DNA from: Gemmatimonadaceae bacterium
GTDB lineage: Bacteria; Gemmatimonadota; Gemmatimonadetes; Gemmatimonadales; Gemmatimonadaceae
Direction: 5' to 3'
Length of the DNA stretch: 64,000 bases
NCBI GenBank assembly: GCA_051859245.1
Contig: JBHYGA010000010.1
Location: 1-64,000 of the forward strand
Below, one piece after another: positions 43,679 through 53,087 of this stretch (positions within the stretch are counted from its first letter, which is position 1; every line of letters starts with the position of its first letter). Position numbers and translations under genes: made by a program. The notes under the pieces are model-generated. The model made no database searches, was not told the DNA's origin, and saw only the letters and a list, made by a program, of their open reading frames with translations.

Positions 43679-44758
43679 CTACTTGATCGGCAACGCAATC
43701 GGTCGAAACGGCGCCGCGCTGGCTCCCCGCAGCTTCAGCGAGCCGGCAATGAACGCGAACTCGTACACGCGCTTCTCCGCGAGCTCTTCGAGATTCAGCA
43801 CTTCAATAATCGGGACACCGCGCTGGGCGAGGAGATATGTGTGCACCGGAATCCAGTTTTCATTGCCATGTACTGGGAAATGTTCGAGCGACAGGTTGTC
43901 GCCGCCAATGGCCATCACCTGTTGTGATTCGGCCAACCAACGGGCGCCCGGCAGGCCGAGGCCCGGCTGGTCCAACACGTACTTCTGCACGTCAGGCCAC
44001 ACCGTCATTCGGCCACCGCGAATGAGCACGACATCACCAGGCTCCAGTCGCGTGTTCTGCTTTGCAAGCGCGCCCTGCAGGTCTTCGGCCGTAATCGAGT
44101 ACGAAGCGGGAAGCATCTTCACGCCTTTGTAGCCAGCCACATCGATCAGCACCCCGCGCGCAATGACGGGCGGGAATTTTTCCACGCCCACTTTGCTCCA
44201 ACCACGATCGCCAAGATGCGAGTCGGCCGCGAAGCCGTTGAAGACTTCGCCGTGCAGTCCGAAGTGATTGAGTGCGTCAATGTGCGTGCCCGTGTGCGTG
44301 TACATCGAGATGGCATCGCCCGTGTACGCGACCTTGGCGTTTTGCTCGGCGCCCACACCAAGCGGATCATCAATCGCGTGTCCGCGTGGTGTGTGCGTCA
44401 TCCAGAGCTGGTACAGTGGATCACCCGCCAGATACCAGCTGGGCATGCCATTGAAGTACTCCACCGAGAGATCGAACACAGTGCCGCCTGCGATGCGTGA
44501 AAGAATGCGGGCGCGCGACGCATCGGTCATCATGTTGAGTGTGCCGATTTCGTCGTTCGGCCCCCACGGGCTGCGGCCAACGGAGTCGCGCGTTGCCGCT
44601 GACGCTGCGACCGGCGCCTGCGCTGCCGCTTTGCCGGCCAGCATCGTCTGGGCGACCAGTGCACCGGCGACAGCGGCCGTGATGGTAATCATGAGCGAGG
44701 CGCTTAGCGCGGCCGCGACGGTGGCGCGGTTGGCGGTTCGGATCAGTGGACCAGACAT
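43679..44758 (-). CDS. Exported cyclase (kynurenine formamidase-like) family protein
   Basis: HTGTHIDALNH motif, RGVLID, DNLSLE, VH..LL; N-terminal signal; GGAG SD. Confidence 0.88.
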   Translation of the reverse strand: MSGPLIRTANRATVAAALSASLMITITAAVAGALVAQTMLAGKAAAQAPVAASAATRDSVGRSPWGPNDEIGTLNMMTDASRARILSRIAGGTVFDLSVEYFNGMPSWYLAGDPLYQLWMTHTPRGHAIDDPLGVGAEQNAKVAYTGDAISMYTHTGTHIDALNHFGLHGEVFNGFAADSHLGDRGWSKVGVEKFPPVIARGVLIDVAGYKGVKMLPASYSITAEDLQGALAKQNTRLEPGDVVLIRGGRMTVWPDVQKYVLDQPGLGLPGARWLAESQQVMAIGGDNLSLEHFPVHGNENWIPVHTYLLAQRGVPIIEVLNLEELAEKRVYEFAFIAGSLKLRGASAAPFRPIALPIK

Positions 44759-44800
44759 GAGAAAACTCCGTAGTGAAGTGCGAAATGTGTTTGCACCATT

Positions 44801-44817
44801 ATGTGTCTACAACACAT
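44801..44817. promoter_or_regulatory. Candidate MarR operator upstream of the cyclase gene
   Basis: ATGTGT-ctaca-ACACAT perfect inverted repeat. Confidence 0.62.
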
Positions 44818-44873
44818 ATGGATGCCGAAAAACGCGGCCCTCGCCGCGTTGCCTTCGAGTCAAACCGAGGTGA

Positions 44874-45353
44874 TCACGGCACCAGTTGCTCACACAGTCG
44901 AGCGAGCTCCCGCAGTTCGACGGCGTTCAGCCCCGCCGTGAGCGAACGTTGCAGTTCGTGCAGCGCCGGGTCGACAACATCGAGCAGTGCGAGTCCTTCG
45001 CGTGTGATTCGCGCGACGGAGAGTCGGCGATTGTCCGCGTCCCACCCGCGCGTGATCAGTCCCTGCTTTTCCAGTCGATCGAGCAGTCGCGTCACGTCCG
45101 GCGCTTTACTCATCATGCGCTTGCCCACCTCGCCGCGCGAGTGACCGTTGGGCTCAGCACCACGCAGAATGCGCAACACATTGTACTGATCGTGCGTCAG
45201 ACCGTGCTCGCGCATGAGCTCCGCGATGTGCTGCTGCACGGTCGCAGCCGCCACCAGCAGGCTCACGACGGCCTCCTGCTGTCGACTCTCAAACTTCCGA
45301 TGCTGCACCCGATCACGAACGGCCACCCGAGGCTCCTTAATGTGTGTTGGCAA
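44874..45353 (-). CDS. MarR family regulator
   Basis: GLTHDQYNVLRILRGA, PDVTRLLDRLEKQGLI, NRR..ITREG. Confidence 0.92.
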   Translation of the reverse strand: MPTHIKEPRVAVRDRVQHRKFESRQQEAVVSLLVAAATVQQHIAELMREHGLTHDQYNVLRILRGAEPNGHSRGEVGKRMMSKAPDVTRLLDRLEKQGLITRGWDADNRRLSVARITREGLALLDVVDPALHELQRSLTAGLNAVELRELARLCEQLVP

Positions 45354-45367
45354 CGCGCCTGAACAGA

Positions 45368-45397
45368 ACGATACGTGTTGCTAACACACGTTGTCAA
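45368..45397 (-). promoter_or_regulatory. marR sigma70 promoter with the operator filling the spacer
   Basis: TTGACA-N18-TATCGT; the spacer contains GTGTT-agc-AACAC. Confidence 0.7.
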
Positions 45398-45423
45398 GAG
45401 TCAGGAGCGAACGGCCGGCCCGG

Positions 45424-46272
45424 TCAGCCTTGCACAACCGGCCTGATGAGTTCGTGAAAGTGCTGTTCGCTGCAGGCCGTACACAGTCCGTGTGAGATGG
45501 ACGCATCGGTACGAGTCTCGATGTACGCCTCGAGGGTATTCCAGTAGCCGTCATCGTCGCGGATTTTCTTGCACCACGCGCACACCGGTAACAGGCCGCT
45601 CAGCGTGCGCACGTTGGCAAGTGCCGACCGCAGCTCCTCGTTGCTCCGGGCGAGCGCCTGTTCCGCCGCCTGGCGCTCGCGCACTTCCTGCTCGGTCTGC
45701 GACAGCGCCCGCACGATCACGCTGTGCGCGGCGTAGCTCATCCACCCCACACACGCGAAGAGCGAACTGGCCACCACCCATTGCGTCAGTGTCACCGTAG
45801 GATCTGCAGTGGGCAGCATCCCTTGCTGCTCCGCCGTCAGCAGCCCGACGTACGCCAGCGAGGCGCACGCTGCTGACCAGATCACACCGTGACGACCCCA
45901 CGTGAGACCCGCGAGCACGACAAGGGCCACGTAGTAGCCGGCAACGGGCGCGCGAATCGTGCCCATCATCCACACCACGCCGGTAATGCACGCAAACATC
46001 ACGCTGAGCAGCGTGAAGGCGGCAAGATCGAGATGCCCTCGCTTCGCCAAAATGTGCAGCAGCGGACAGATGGCGACGAACCCAGCCGGCATCAGGAGGA
46101 TCGGCCCCGTTGGTTGTCCAACAATCAGGGCGCCGAGCAACGCGATCAGCGTCATGCTGGCTACGGACCATAGCGAGACACTGAAAACCGCCGCTTTGCG
46201 GGACCGCAGGAGATCGCCTGGAAACGTGGGAGGCGACACAAAAGCGCGGAGCGTCAGCGGGAGCGAGCTCAT
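45424..46272 (-). CDS. Membrane protein (5-6 TM) with a coiled coil and a C-terminal CxxC...HxxCxxC domain
   Basis: Hydrophobic helices; EVRERQAAEQAL coiled coil; LSGLLPVCAWCKKIRDDDGYW...SHGLCTAC. Confidence 0.8.
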   Translation of the reverse strand: MSSLPLTLRAFVSPPTFPGDLLRSRKAAVFSVSLWSVASMTLIALLGALIVGQPTGPILLMPAGFVAICPLLHILAKRGHLDLAAFTLLSVMFACITGVVWMMGTIRAPVAGYYVALVVLAGLTWGRHGVIWSAACASLAYVGLLTAEQQGMLPTADPTVTLTQWVVASSLFACVGWMSYAAHSVIVRALSQTEQEVRERQAAEQALARSNEELRSALANVRTLSGLLPVCAWCKKIRDDDGYWNTLEAYIETRTDASISHGLCTACSEQHFHELIRPVVQG

Positions 46273-46337
46273 GGGAACGGTGAGGGGATCGGACAATCGC
46301 GCTAGATTCAACCGCGACCCCAGATGGAGACGCGCCC

Positions 46338-47330
46338 CTGATATTTACACACAGCACCGCACAACGGCGTATCCTGTTGCTTGGCGCCACCGGCACCATC
46401 GGTCGTGCGACAGCACGGGCGCTTGCGCGTGACGGTCATGAGGTGGTCTGCTTGATCCGAAACCGCACCGGACGATCGGCCGACGAGCGGACGATACCTG
46501 GTGTTGCCGTGCGCACGGGCGACGTGACGGATCCGTCCTCGATTACTCGCGACGGATTTCGCGGTGAGCAGTTTGACACGGTGGTTTCGTGCCTCGCCTC
46601 CCGCACCGGCGAGCCACGCGATGCCTGGGCGATTGACCATCAGGCGCATGTCCACGTGCTCAACGCGGCGAAGGCCGCGGGTGTGACCCAGTTCGTGCTG
46701 CTCTCAGCGATCTGCGTGCAGAAACCGTTGCTCGCCTTTCAGCATGCCAAGCTCGCCTTTGAGCGCGAGCTGATGTCGTCCGGATTGACGTGGTCCATTG
46801 TGCGGCCAACCGCGTTCTTCAAATCGCTGTCTGGACAAGTGCAGCGCGTACAGAATGGCAAACCGTTTCTGGTGTTCGGCAACGGAGAACTCACCGCCTG
46901 CAAGCCAATCAGTGATGATGATCTCGCGCGCTTCATCGCCTCGTGTGTCACGGACGTCGACAAACACAATCGTATTCTGCCAATTGGCGGTCCTGGCAAG
47001 GCACTCACACCGCATGAGCAGGGCGCGTTGTTGTTTGAGCTGACCGGTCGTCCGGCGCGCTACAAACGTGTTCCCGTGGCGCTGCTCGACACCATCGTCG
47101 CTGTGCTGGGTACGGCCGGTCGATTGGTACCAGCGCTCGCCGCAAAGGCTGAGTTGGCGCGTATCGGACGATACTACGCGACCGAATCCATGTTGGTGTG
47201 GAACGCGGAAACACAGCAGTACGATGCCAACGCGACTCCGTCCACAGGAACTGACACGCTGCGCGACTACTACGCACAGATGCTTGCCGGAAACACGGCC
47301 GACGCACGCGGCGAGCACGCGGTCTTCTGA
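46338..47330 (+). CDS. bciA: NADPH-dependent divinyl (proto)chlorophyllide 8-vinyl reductase
   Basis: GATGTIG; VVSCLASRTG; LLSAICVQKPLLAFQHAKL; IVRPTAFFKSL; CKPIS; RIGRYYATESML. Start inferred at CTG 46338. Confidence 0.88.
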   Translation: MIFTHSTAQRRILLLGATGTIGRATARALARDGHEVVCLIRNRTGRSADERTIPGVAVRTGDVTDPSSITRDGFRGEQFDTVVSCLASRTGEPRDAWAIDHQAHVHVLNAAKAAGVTQFVLLSAICVQKPLLAFQHAKLAFERELMSSGLTWSIVRPTAFFKSLSGQVQRVQNGKPFLVFGNGELTACKPISDDDLARFIASCVTDVDKHNRILPIGGPGKALTPHEQGALLFELTGRPARYKRVPVALLDTIVAVLGTAGRLVPALAAKAELARIGRYYATESMLVWNAETQQYDANATPSTGTDTLRDYYAQMLAGNTADARGEHAVF

Positions 47331-47332
47331 TT

Positions 47333-48277
47333 GTGACACGCGCGCTCGTTGGACTTTGCGTGGCAAGTCTCTGCCTCATGACTGTCAGTACTGTGCTGAC
47401 AGCGCAGGGCGGGCCAGAGCGTGGAAACAACGCGCGTACACAACCGCCTGCGCACCTGCGCGTAGAACGGTGCAGCGCGATCACACAACCGCGCGCACGA
47501 CCGGCGCTTCCCGCGTTGACATATCGCGGCACCGATGTGCGTTGGGCGGAGTGGCCCATTCTTCTCGGCGAGCGAAAGTTGCCCGTCAGAATTGTGGTGG
47601 TTGAGGTGAACCCACAGCGACTACAACTCGAACTCGCCATTGCACGCGACGGCAATGCGCTCGCTGGCTGGTCACTCGACAACACTCCGCGCGACGCCGT
47701 GCTGGCCGTGAATGCCGGTCAGTTCACCGATACCGGCCCGTGGGGATGGGTGGTGCACAACGGACGCGAGTGGCAACAACCAGGACGCGGCTCACTCGCT
47801 GGCGCCGTCACGATCGACAGCGCCGGTAGCGTGCGCATTATTGACGCCACCGAGGTTGCATCCGCACGCGCCGCAGGCACGGTGCGCGAGGCGTTGCAAT
47901 CGTATCCGCAGATTCTTCGCAACAGTCGCGCACCGAACTCATTGTGCGCACCAGAGCTGATCGATCAGGCGCACCGTGACGTACGCCTGGTAATGGCTAC
48001 GCGACCCGACGGTCTTGTACTGTTGCTGCTCTCAAGGTTTGACGGGGCAGCCGGCCTGGCCTCGCGGCTCCCGCTCGGACCAACAACCCCCGAAATGGCC
48101 GAGATCGCCTGGCGGCTCGGCGCCGATCAGGCGCTCATGCTCGATGGTGGATTGTCGGCGCAGCTGCTCATTCGTGACAGCACTCATGAGGAGCGTTGGA
48201 ACGGGTTGCGACGCGTGCCCCTCGCGCTGGTGGGGCGGATCAAACGACCTATAGCGGCGCCCGACCAGAGACCGTAA
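47333..48277 (+). CDS. Exported phosphodiester glycosidase (NAGPA-like) family protein
   Basis: Signal peptide; AVNAGQF; ALMLDGGLS. Confidence 0.75.
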   Translation: MTRALVGLCVASLCLMTVSTVLTAQGGPERGNNARTQPPAHLRVERCSAITQPRARPALPALTYRGTDVRWAEWPILLGERKLPVRIVVVEVNPQRLQLELAIARDGNALAGWSLDNTPRDAVLAVNAGQFTDTGPWGWVVHNGREWQQPGRGSLAGAVTIDSAGSVRIIDATEVASARAAGTVREALQSYPQILRNSRAPNSLCAPELIDQAHRDVRLVMATRPDGLVLLLLSRFDGAAGLASRLPLGPTTPEMAEIAWRLGADQALMLDGGLSAQLLIRDSTHEERWNGLRRVPLALVGRIKRPIAAPDQRP

Positions 48278-48311
48278 CGTAGACGCGTCCCTGATCCCTT
48301 GCGGAGGCGTT

Positions 48312-49196
48312 ATGCGAAGCCGAGTGAGCGTTCGCGTTATACATGCGGTAGTCGCACTGTTGTTGTGTTCTGTGGTCAGCTCGACGGCCGAGGCGCAACT
48401 CGGTCGCTTGAAGAAGGCGGCACAAGATGCGGTGAAAGACAAGATTGCAGGCAAGAAAGACTCGGCCGCCGCGACACAGAGCGCGACAAAGACTGCGTCG
48501 TCATCGAGCAATGCGTCCGTGTCGTACGCACTGACTGCCGATCACATCGAGTTGGTGCTCTCAAGTCTTGAACCAGCCATTGCGTACGCGCAGCGTCTGC
48601 AGCAAGCAACGCAACTGTCGGCCGAGTACAAGAAGCAGCAGGATCAGGCCAACGCATGCATGGAACAGGTGAAGAAGTCGTACGATCCGATGAAGGTCAT
48701 GTCCATGTCGGAGAAGACTTCGGATGAAATTACGCGACTGAGTGAGCGGGCGGGCGAAGCGCAGGCTCGTGCCATGGCAGCGTACGAGAAGAACGATCAG
48801 CGAACGTACTTGTTGGCCATGGACACGGCGACGGTGTTGTTGCAGCAATCAGCCGTGGTCACCATGGGCGGAAGTTGCAAGGTTCCGTATGCGCCGGTCG
48901 CAGTGATTGACATGCAGGCGTCTGCGAAAGCAGATGCTGCTGAAGCCGCCGTGAATCCTTCGCCGTTGGCAAAAGCCAAACTCACGCACACGCAGTTTGG
49001 TCGGATGCGCGAGCGCATTGCTCTCTGGGGCATGTTGCAAGAAGACCCGTCAATGAAGGTCGGCAGCGAAGGGGTATTCACCGCCGACGAGCACGCGGCG
49101 CTGCAGGCGCGCGCGGCCGACATCAAGCGCGTAACCGCGTACTTCAAGGACAGCACGCTGCGCTGGAGCACGTGGGGCGACGTCACCACCTGGTAG
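48312..49196 (+). CDS. Secreted helical hypothetical protein
   Basis: GGAGG SD; signal ending AEA-QLGRLKK. Confidence 0.7.
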   Translation: MRSRVSVRVIHAVVALLLCSVVSSTAEAQLGRLKKAAQDAVKDKIAGKKDSAAATQSATKTASSSSNASVSYALTADHIELVLSSLEPAIAYAQRLQQATQLSAEYKKQQDQANACMEQVKKSYDPMKVMSMSEKTSDEITRLSERAGEAQARAMAAYEKNDQRTYLLAMDTATVLLQQSAVVTMGGSCKVPYAPVAVIDMQASAKADAAEAAVNPSPLAKAKLTHTQFGRMRERIALWGMLQEDPSMKVGSEGVFTADEHAALQARAADIKRVTAYFKDSTLRWSTWGDVTTW

Positions 49197-49280
49197 CAGC
49201 CCCGGCTCCTGACACAGGGGCCTATCTCATTTGGTTCGTTGGCGACACATTTCGCGGCTGCACCCTTCACCCGCCCCGAT

Positions 49281-52200
49281 ATGTGTCGCCAACTGTTTGC
49301 CGCCCTCTCCATTGCCGCGTGCTCCGCGGCGTTCCTTCCCGCCCAGTCGCCGTTTGACGGGCTTCGATTCCGCGAAATCGGTCCGGCCGTGATGGGCGGT
49401 CGTATTCAGGACGTGGAGGTGGATCCGCGCGACCATTCCACGATTTATGCGGCCGCTGCAGGCGGTGGTTTATGGAAAACCACCAACCACGGCATTCTCT
49501 GGACGCCGATCTTTGATGAGACCGGTGAAAATGCGTTCGGTGACATCGCCATTTTTGCTGGCGACAGCAAAGTCATCTGGGCCGGCACCGGCGAGCAGAA
49601 CAATCGTCAGTCCAGCACGTGGGGCGGTGGCATGTTCAAGTCCACCGACGCGGGCGCGACGTGGAAGTTCACCGGATTGCGCGAAACATCGAGCATTGCC
49701 CGCGTGGTGTTGCACCCCACCGACGCGAACACGGCATATGTGGCCGCTGTTGGCAATCTCTGGCGCGCCAATGCGGAACGCGGTGTGTTTCGCACCACCG
49801 ACGGCGGCGCCACGTGGAAGCGAGTGCTTACGGTCGACACGCTCACCGGCGCCACAGATCTTGTGATGGATCCGCGCGATCCGAAGGTGCTGTACGCCGC
49901 TACCTATCAGCGCCTGCGTACCGGCTTTGGATTTAACGGCGGCGGACCCGGCAGCGGCATCTGGAAGTCCACCGATGCCGGGGACACGTGGTTGCCACTC
50001 ACCAACGGCGTGCCCGAAGGCGACAAAGGCCGCATCGGTTTGGCAATTGCAATGTCGAAACCTGACGTCCTGGTCGCCACCATCGAACATGCGGGTGCAG
50101 GTGGCACGTATCGCAGTGAAGACGCGGGCGCTACGTGGAAGCGCATGAGCGCAACGAATCCTCGGCCGATGTACTACTCAAAACCGTACATCGATCCGAC
50201 CAACGATCAGCGTATCTGGATGATGGGCGTGCAGCCTGCGAAGAGTGAGAACGGCGGCGCAACATTTGAAGGCATGCCGAACTCGCCCACGTATGATCTG
50301 GGGCTGAAAGACGATCACCACGCGCTATGGATCGATCCCACAGACCCGCGGCACCTGCTGCTTGGCGGCGACGGTGGATTACACGAAAGCTGGGATCTCG
50401 GCTACACGTACGCGCGTATCAACAACTTTTCCATCGGCCAGTTCTACCGAATCGCCGTGGACAATCGCGAACCGTACTGGATTTACGGTGGCATGCAGGA
50501 TGCGCACTCCTGGATGGGGCCGAGCGCAACCAACCATTGGCTCGGCATTCTGAATCAGGATTGGGTGCAGATCGGTTTCAGCGATGGCACAGGGCACGCC
50601 GTCGACATGAAGGGCGAACGTTTTGTGTACTCCACCTCGAGTGGCGGAAACATTTCGCGTGTGGACGCCATCACCGGTGACCGTTACGACATTCAGCCCA
50701 TGGCGCCATCGGGCGAGAGTTATCGCTTTGACTGGACAGCACCAGTGGTCGCGTCGGTACACAACGCGGGCACGGTGTACCTTGGCGCAAACAAGTTGCT
50801 CATCTCAAGAGACTTCGGCAGCACGTGGACTGCAACGGAAGATCTCACGCGCAAAGTGAACCGCGATACGCTCCGCATTGGGGGCGTGCTCACCACAGAG
50901 ATTCGTCACTCGCGAAATGACGGCGAATCGAACTTCAGTGAAATCACCACGATGGCCGAATCACCGCGTGATGCGCGCGTGCTGTGGGTGGGCACGGATG
51001 ACGGCAACGTGCAAGTGTCGCGCGATGGCGGGCAAAGCTGGACGGAAGTGGGGAAGAACATCCGCGGCGTCACCGATGGCTCGTTCGTTGATCGTGTTGT
51101 TGCAAGCAGCGCTGGTGCAGGCACTGCCTACGTGTCGTTCGACAATCACCGCAGCGGCGACTTTGCGCCGCACATTTTCCGCACGACCGATTTCGGGCGT
51201 ACATGGAAGCGCACCACCACTGGCCTGCCCGATGGCAATCCAGTGCGTTCGATCGCCGAGTATCCGGGCAAGGCGAACGTGCTGCTCGCGGGTACCGAGC
51301 GTTTCCTGCACTACAGCGTGGATAGCGGCAGTACGTGGACGCGTCTCAAAGCGAATCTCCCGCCCACGCGCTATGACGACATTGTGATTCATCCGCGCAC
51401 GCGCGACATCGTGCTGGGCACGCACGGCCGCAGCATCTGGGTGCTGGATGATGCGGCAGCGCTGGCTGAGTGGACCGCGGCAACCGAGCAGAAACCTGCG
51501 ACGCTGTTTTCGGTGCGTCCCACCACGCTGACGATCTATCGCGCGGATGTCTCCACGGCAGCACACGCGATCTATGCTGCTGAAAACCCGGAAGAAGGTG
51601 CAGCGTTCACGTACTATCTCACACGCCCTGTCGACACCGTACAGTTCGTTGTGACGAACGCGGCGGGTCGCGAAGTGCGTCGCTTCACTGCACCAACCAC
51701 CACTGGTGTCGTACAGCGCGTGAACTGGGATTTGCGTTGGCCGGTCGTGTCCGCCAGCGGTTTCGCCGGCGGGTTTGCTGGTGGGTTTTCTGGTGGTCCG
51801 CCGTCCGGCGCGGGTGGCATGACGCGCACCGCACAAGGCCCCGCGCGCCGACCGGCGCTTCCGATTCCTGCGCACAATATTGGTCCGCGCGGATTTCACG
51901 TGGCGCCTGGTCGCTTCACCGTCACGATGATCGCGGGTCGCGACACATCGCGGCAACAGTTCGAGGTCCGCGCCGACGCAACAAGCAACGTCACCGTTGC
52001 GGAACACAACGAACGTGAATCGTTCCTGCTTGAAGTGGTGGAGGTCCAGTCACGACTTGCGGCACGCAGCACCGAGTTTCGCGCAAAACTTCAGAACGCC
52101 ACCGGTGCAGACGCACAGCGCTTACAAACCATCGCCGAAGAACTGGGACTTGCTGCTGGCGCAGCGCGTGGCGGCCGTGGAGGACGCGGACCGGGTAGCG

Positions 52201-52340
52201 GCCTTGGTCAGATCATCAGCGGTTACACCGGAAGCGGTGTACGACAGGCCAGTGTGAAAGCGCCCACAGGCACGCACAAGGCCGCGCTTGCCGACGCGAA
52301 GCGTGCGTTGGCGCAGCTTGAGAACGCGCTCAAGCCATAG
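49281..52340 (+). CDS. Second secreted BNR/VPS10-like beta-propeller protein
   Basis: FREIGPAVMGGRI, repeated STDAGATW Asp boxes, GGMQD, THGRSIWVLDD. Confidence 0.88.
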   Translation: MCRQLFAALSIAACSAAFLPAQSPFDGLRFREIGPAVMGGRIQDVEVDPRDHSTIYAAAAGGGLWKTTNHGILWTPIFDETGENAFGDIAIFAGDSKVIWAGTGEQNNRQSSTWGGGMFKSTDAGATWKFTGLRETSSIARVVLHPTDANTAYVAAVGNLWRANAERGVFRTTDGGATWKRVLTVDTLTGATDLVMDPRDPKVLYAATYQRLRTGFGFNGGGPGSGIWKSTDAGDTWLPLTNGVPEGDKGRIGLAIAMSKPDVLVATIEHAGAGGTYRSEDAGATWKRMSATNPRPMYYSKPYIDPTNDQRIWMMGVQPAKSENGGATFEGMPNSPTYDLGLKDDHHALWIDPTDPRHLLLGGDGGLHESWDLGYTYARINNFSIGQFYRIAVDNREPYWIYGGMQDAHSWMGPSATNHWLGILNQDWVQIGFSDGTGHAVDMKGERFVYSTSSGGNISRVDAITGDRYDIQPMAPSGESYRFDWTAPVVASVHNAGTVYLGANKLLISRDFGSTWTATEDLTRKVNRDTLRIGGVLTTEIRHSRNDGESNFSEITTMAESPRDARVLWVGTDDGNVQVSRDGGQSWTEVGKNIRGVTDGSFVDRVVASSAGAGTAYVSFDNHRSGDFAPHIFRTTDFGRTWKRTTTGLPDGNPVRSIAEYPGKANVLLAGTERFLHYSVDSGSTWTRLKANLPPTRYDDIVIHPRTRDIVLGTHGRSIWVLDDAAALAEWTAATEQKPATLFSVRPTTLTIYRADVSTAAHAIYAAENPEEGAAFTYYLTRPVDTVQFVVTNAAGREVRRFTAPTTTGVVQRVNWDLRWPVVSASGFAGGFAGGFSGGPPSGAGGMTRTAQGPARRPALPIPAHNIGPRGFHVAPGRFTVTMIAGRDTSRQQFEVRADATSNVTVAEHNERESFLLEVVEVQSRLAARSTEFRAKLQNATGADAQRLQTIAEELGLAAGAARGGRGGRGPGSGLGQIISGYTGSGVRQASVKAPTGTHKAALADAKRALAQLENALKP

Positions 52341-52357
52341 CGCACCGCGCGACGACT

Positions 52358-52984
52358 CTATCGAACTCCGGGTGTGGTGCGCGCCGCCGGCCACACCCGT
52401 CGAGCCATTTCGTGAAACTGGCGATCCAACGCCTCTGGTGTTTCTCGATTCGGATTGTCGACCCACCATTTGGCGAGCTCGATTAGTGCCGCCGCGAGTA
52501 ATCGCGCGGCCAACTTTGGCTGCATGGTCGCGTGCGTGAGCCGCGTGGACTGCGCGAGCGGCGGCAGTCGTCGCCAGATCATGTCTGCGAGGAGTTCAGT
52601 CCCGTACACCCAGATCTCATCGAGCCGGCCGGCGTCACGCAGCGATTGAATCACACCGCCGGAGTCGCCGAGGTGGTGCAGCATTTCCGCGAGCGGCGCC
52701 ACGCGTGAAGCGTCTGCCCCAGGCGCATCGAGCCGACTGGCGAGCCCGGCCAGCATGCGCTCGAAGCTCCAGTACAGCGCATCATCTTTGTTGCGCCAAT
52801 ACGCATAGAACGTCGCGCGCGAAACGTCGGCACGATCAAGAATGTGCTGTACCGTAATCTCTTTGAACGAGCGCTCCGCAAGCAGCACCACCATCGCGCT
52901 CCCCATCGCGCGCATCGTGCGTTCCACGCGTGCATCGGGCTCATCACCCGGTTCCTGAACATCGGCGGGGCGTTTGTTCATCAT
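52358..52984 (-). CDS. TetR/AcrR family regulator
   Basis: DARVERT..., ITVQHILDRADVSRATFYAYW. Confidence 0.9.
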   Translation of the reverse strand: MMNKRPADVQEPGDEPDARVERTMRAMGSAMVVLLAERSFKEITVQHILDRADVSRATFYAYWRNKDDALYWSFERMLAGLASRLDAPGADASRVAPLAEMLHHLGDSGGVIQSLRDAGRLDEIWVYGTELLADMIWRRLPPLAQSTRLTHATMQPKLAARLLAAALIELAKWWVDNPNRETPEALDRQFHEMARRVWPAARTTPGVR

Positions 52985-53087
52985 CGGCTTCGGGTGGTCA
53001 GCATCCGCTGTATTCTCGGCGTCATCACGCGCGTTTGCAATGCTCAGCCAGTGAACGGAAGCGCGCGACCACTTTCGCGGAGCGTAT

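Noticed and set aside
50961..52007. 348-aa minus-strand ORF
   Set aside because: Shadow of the VPS10-like gene
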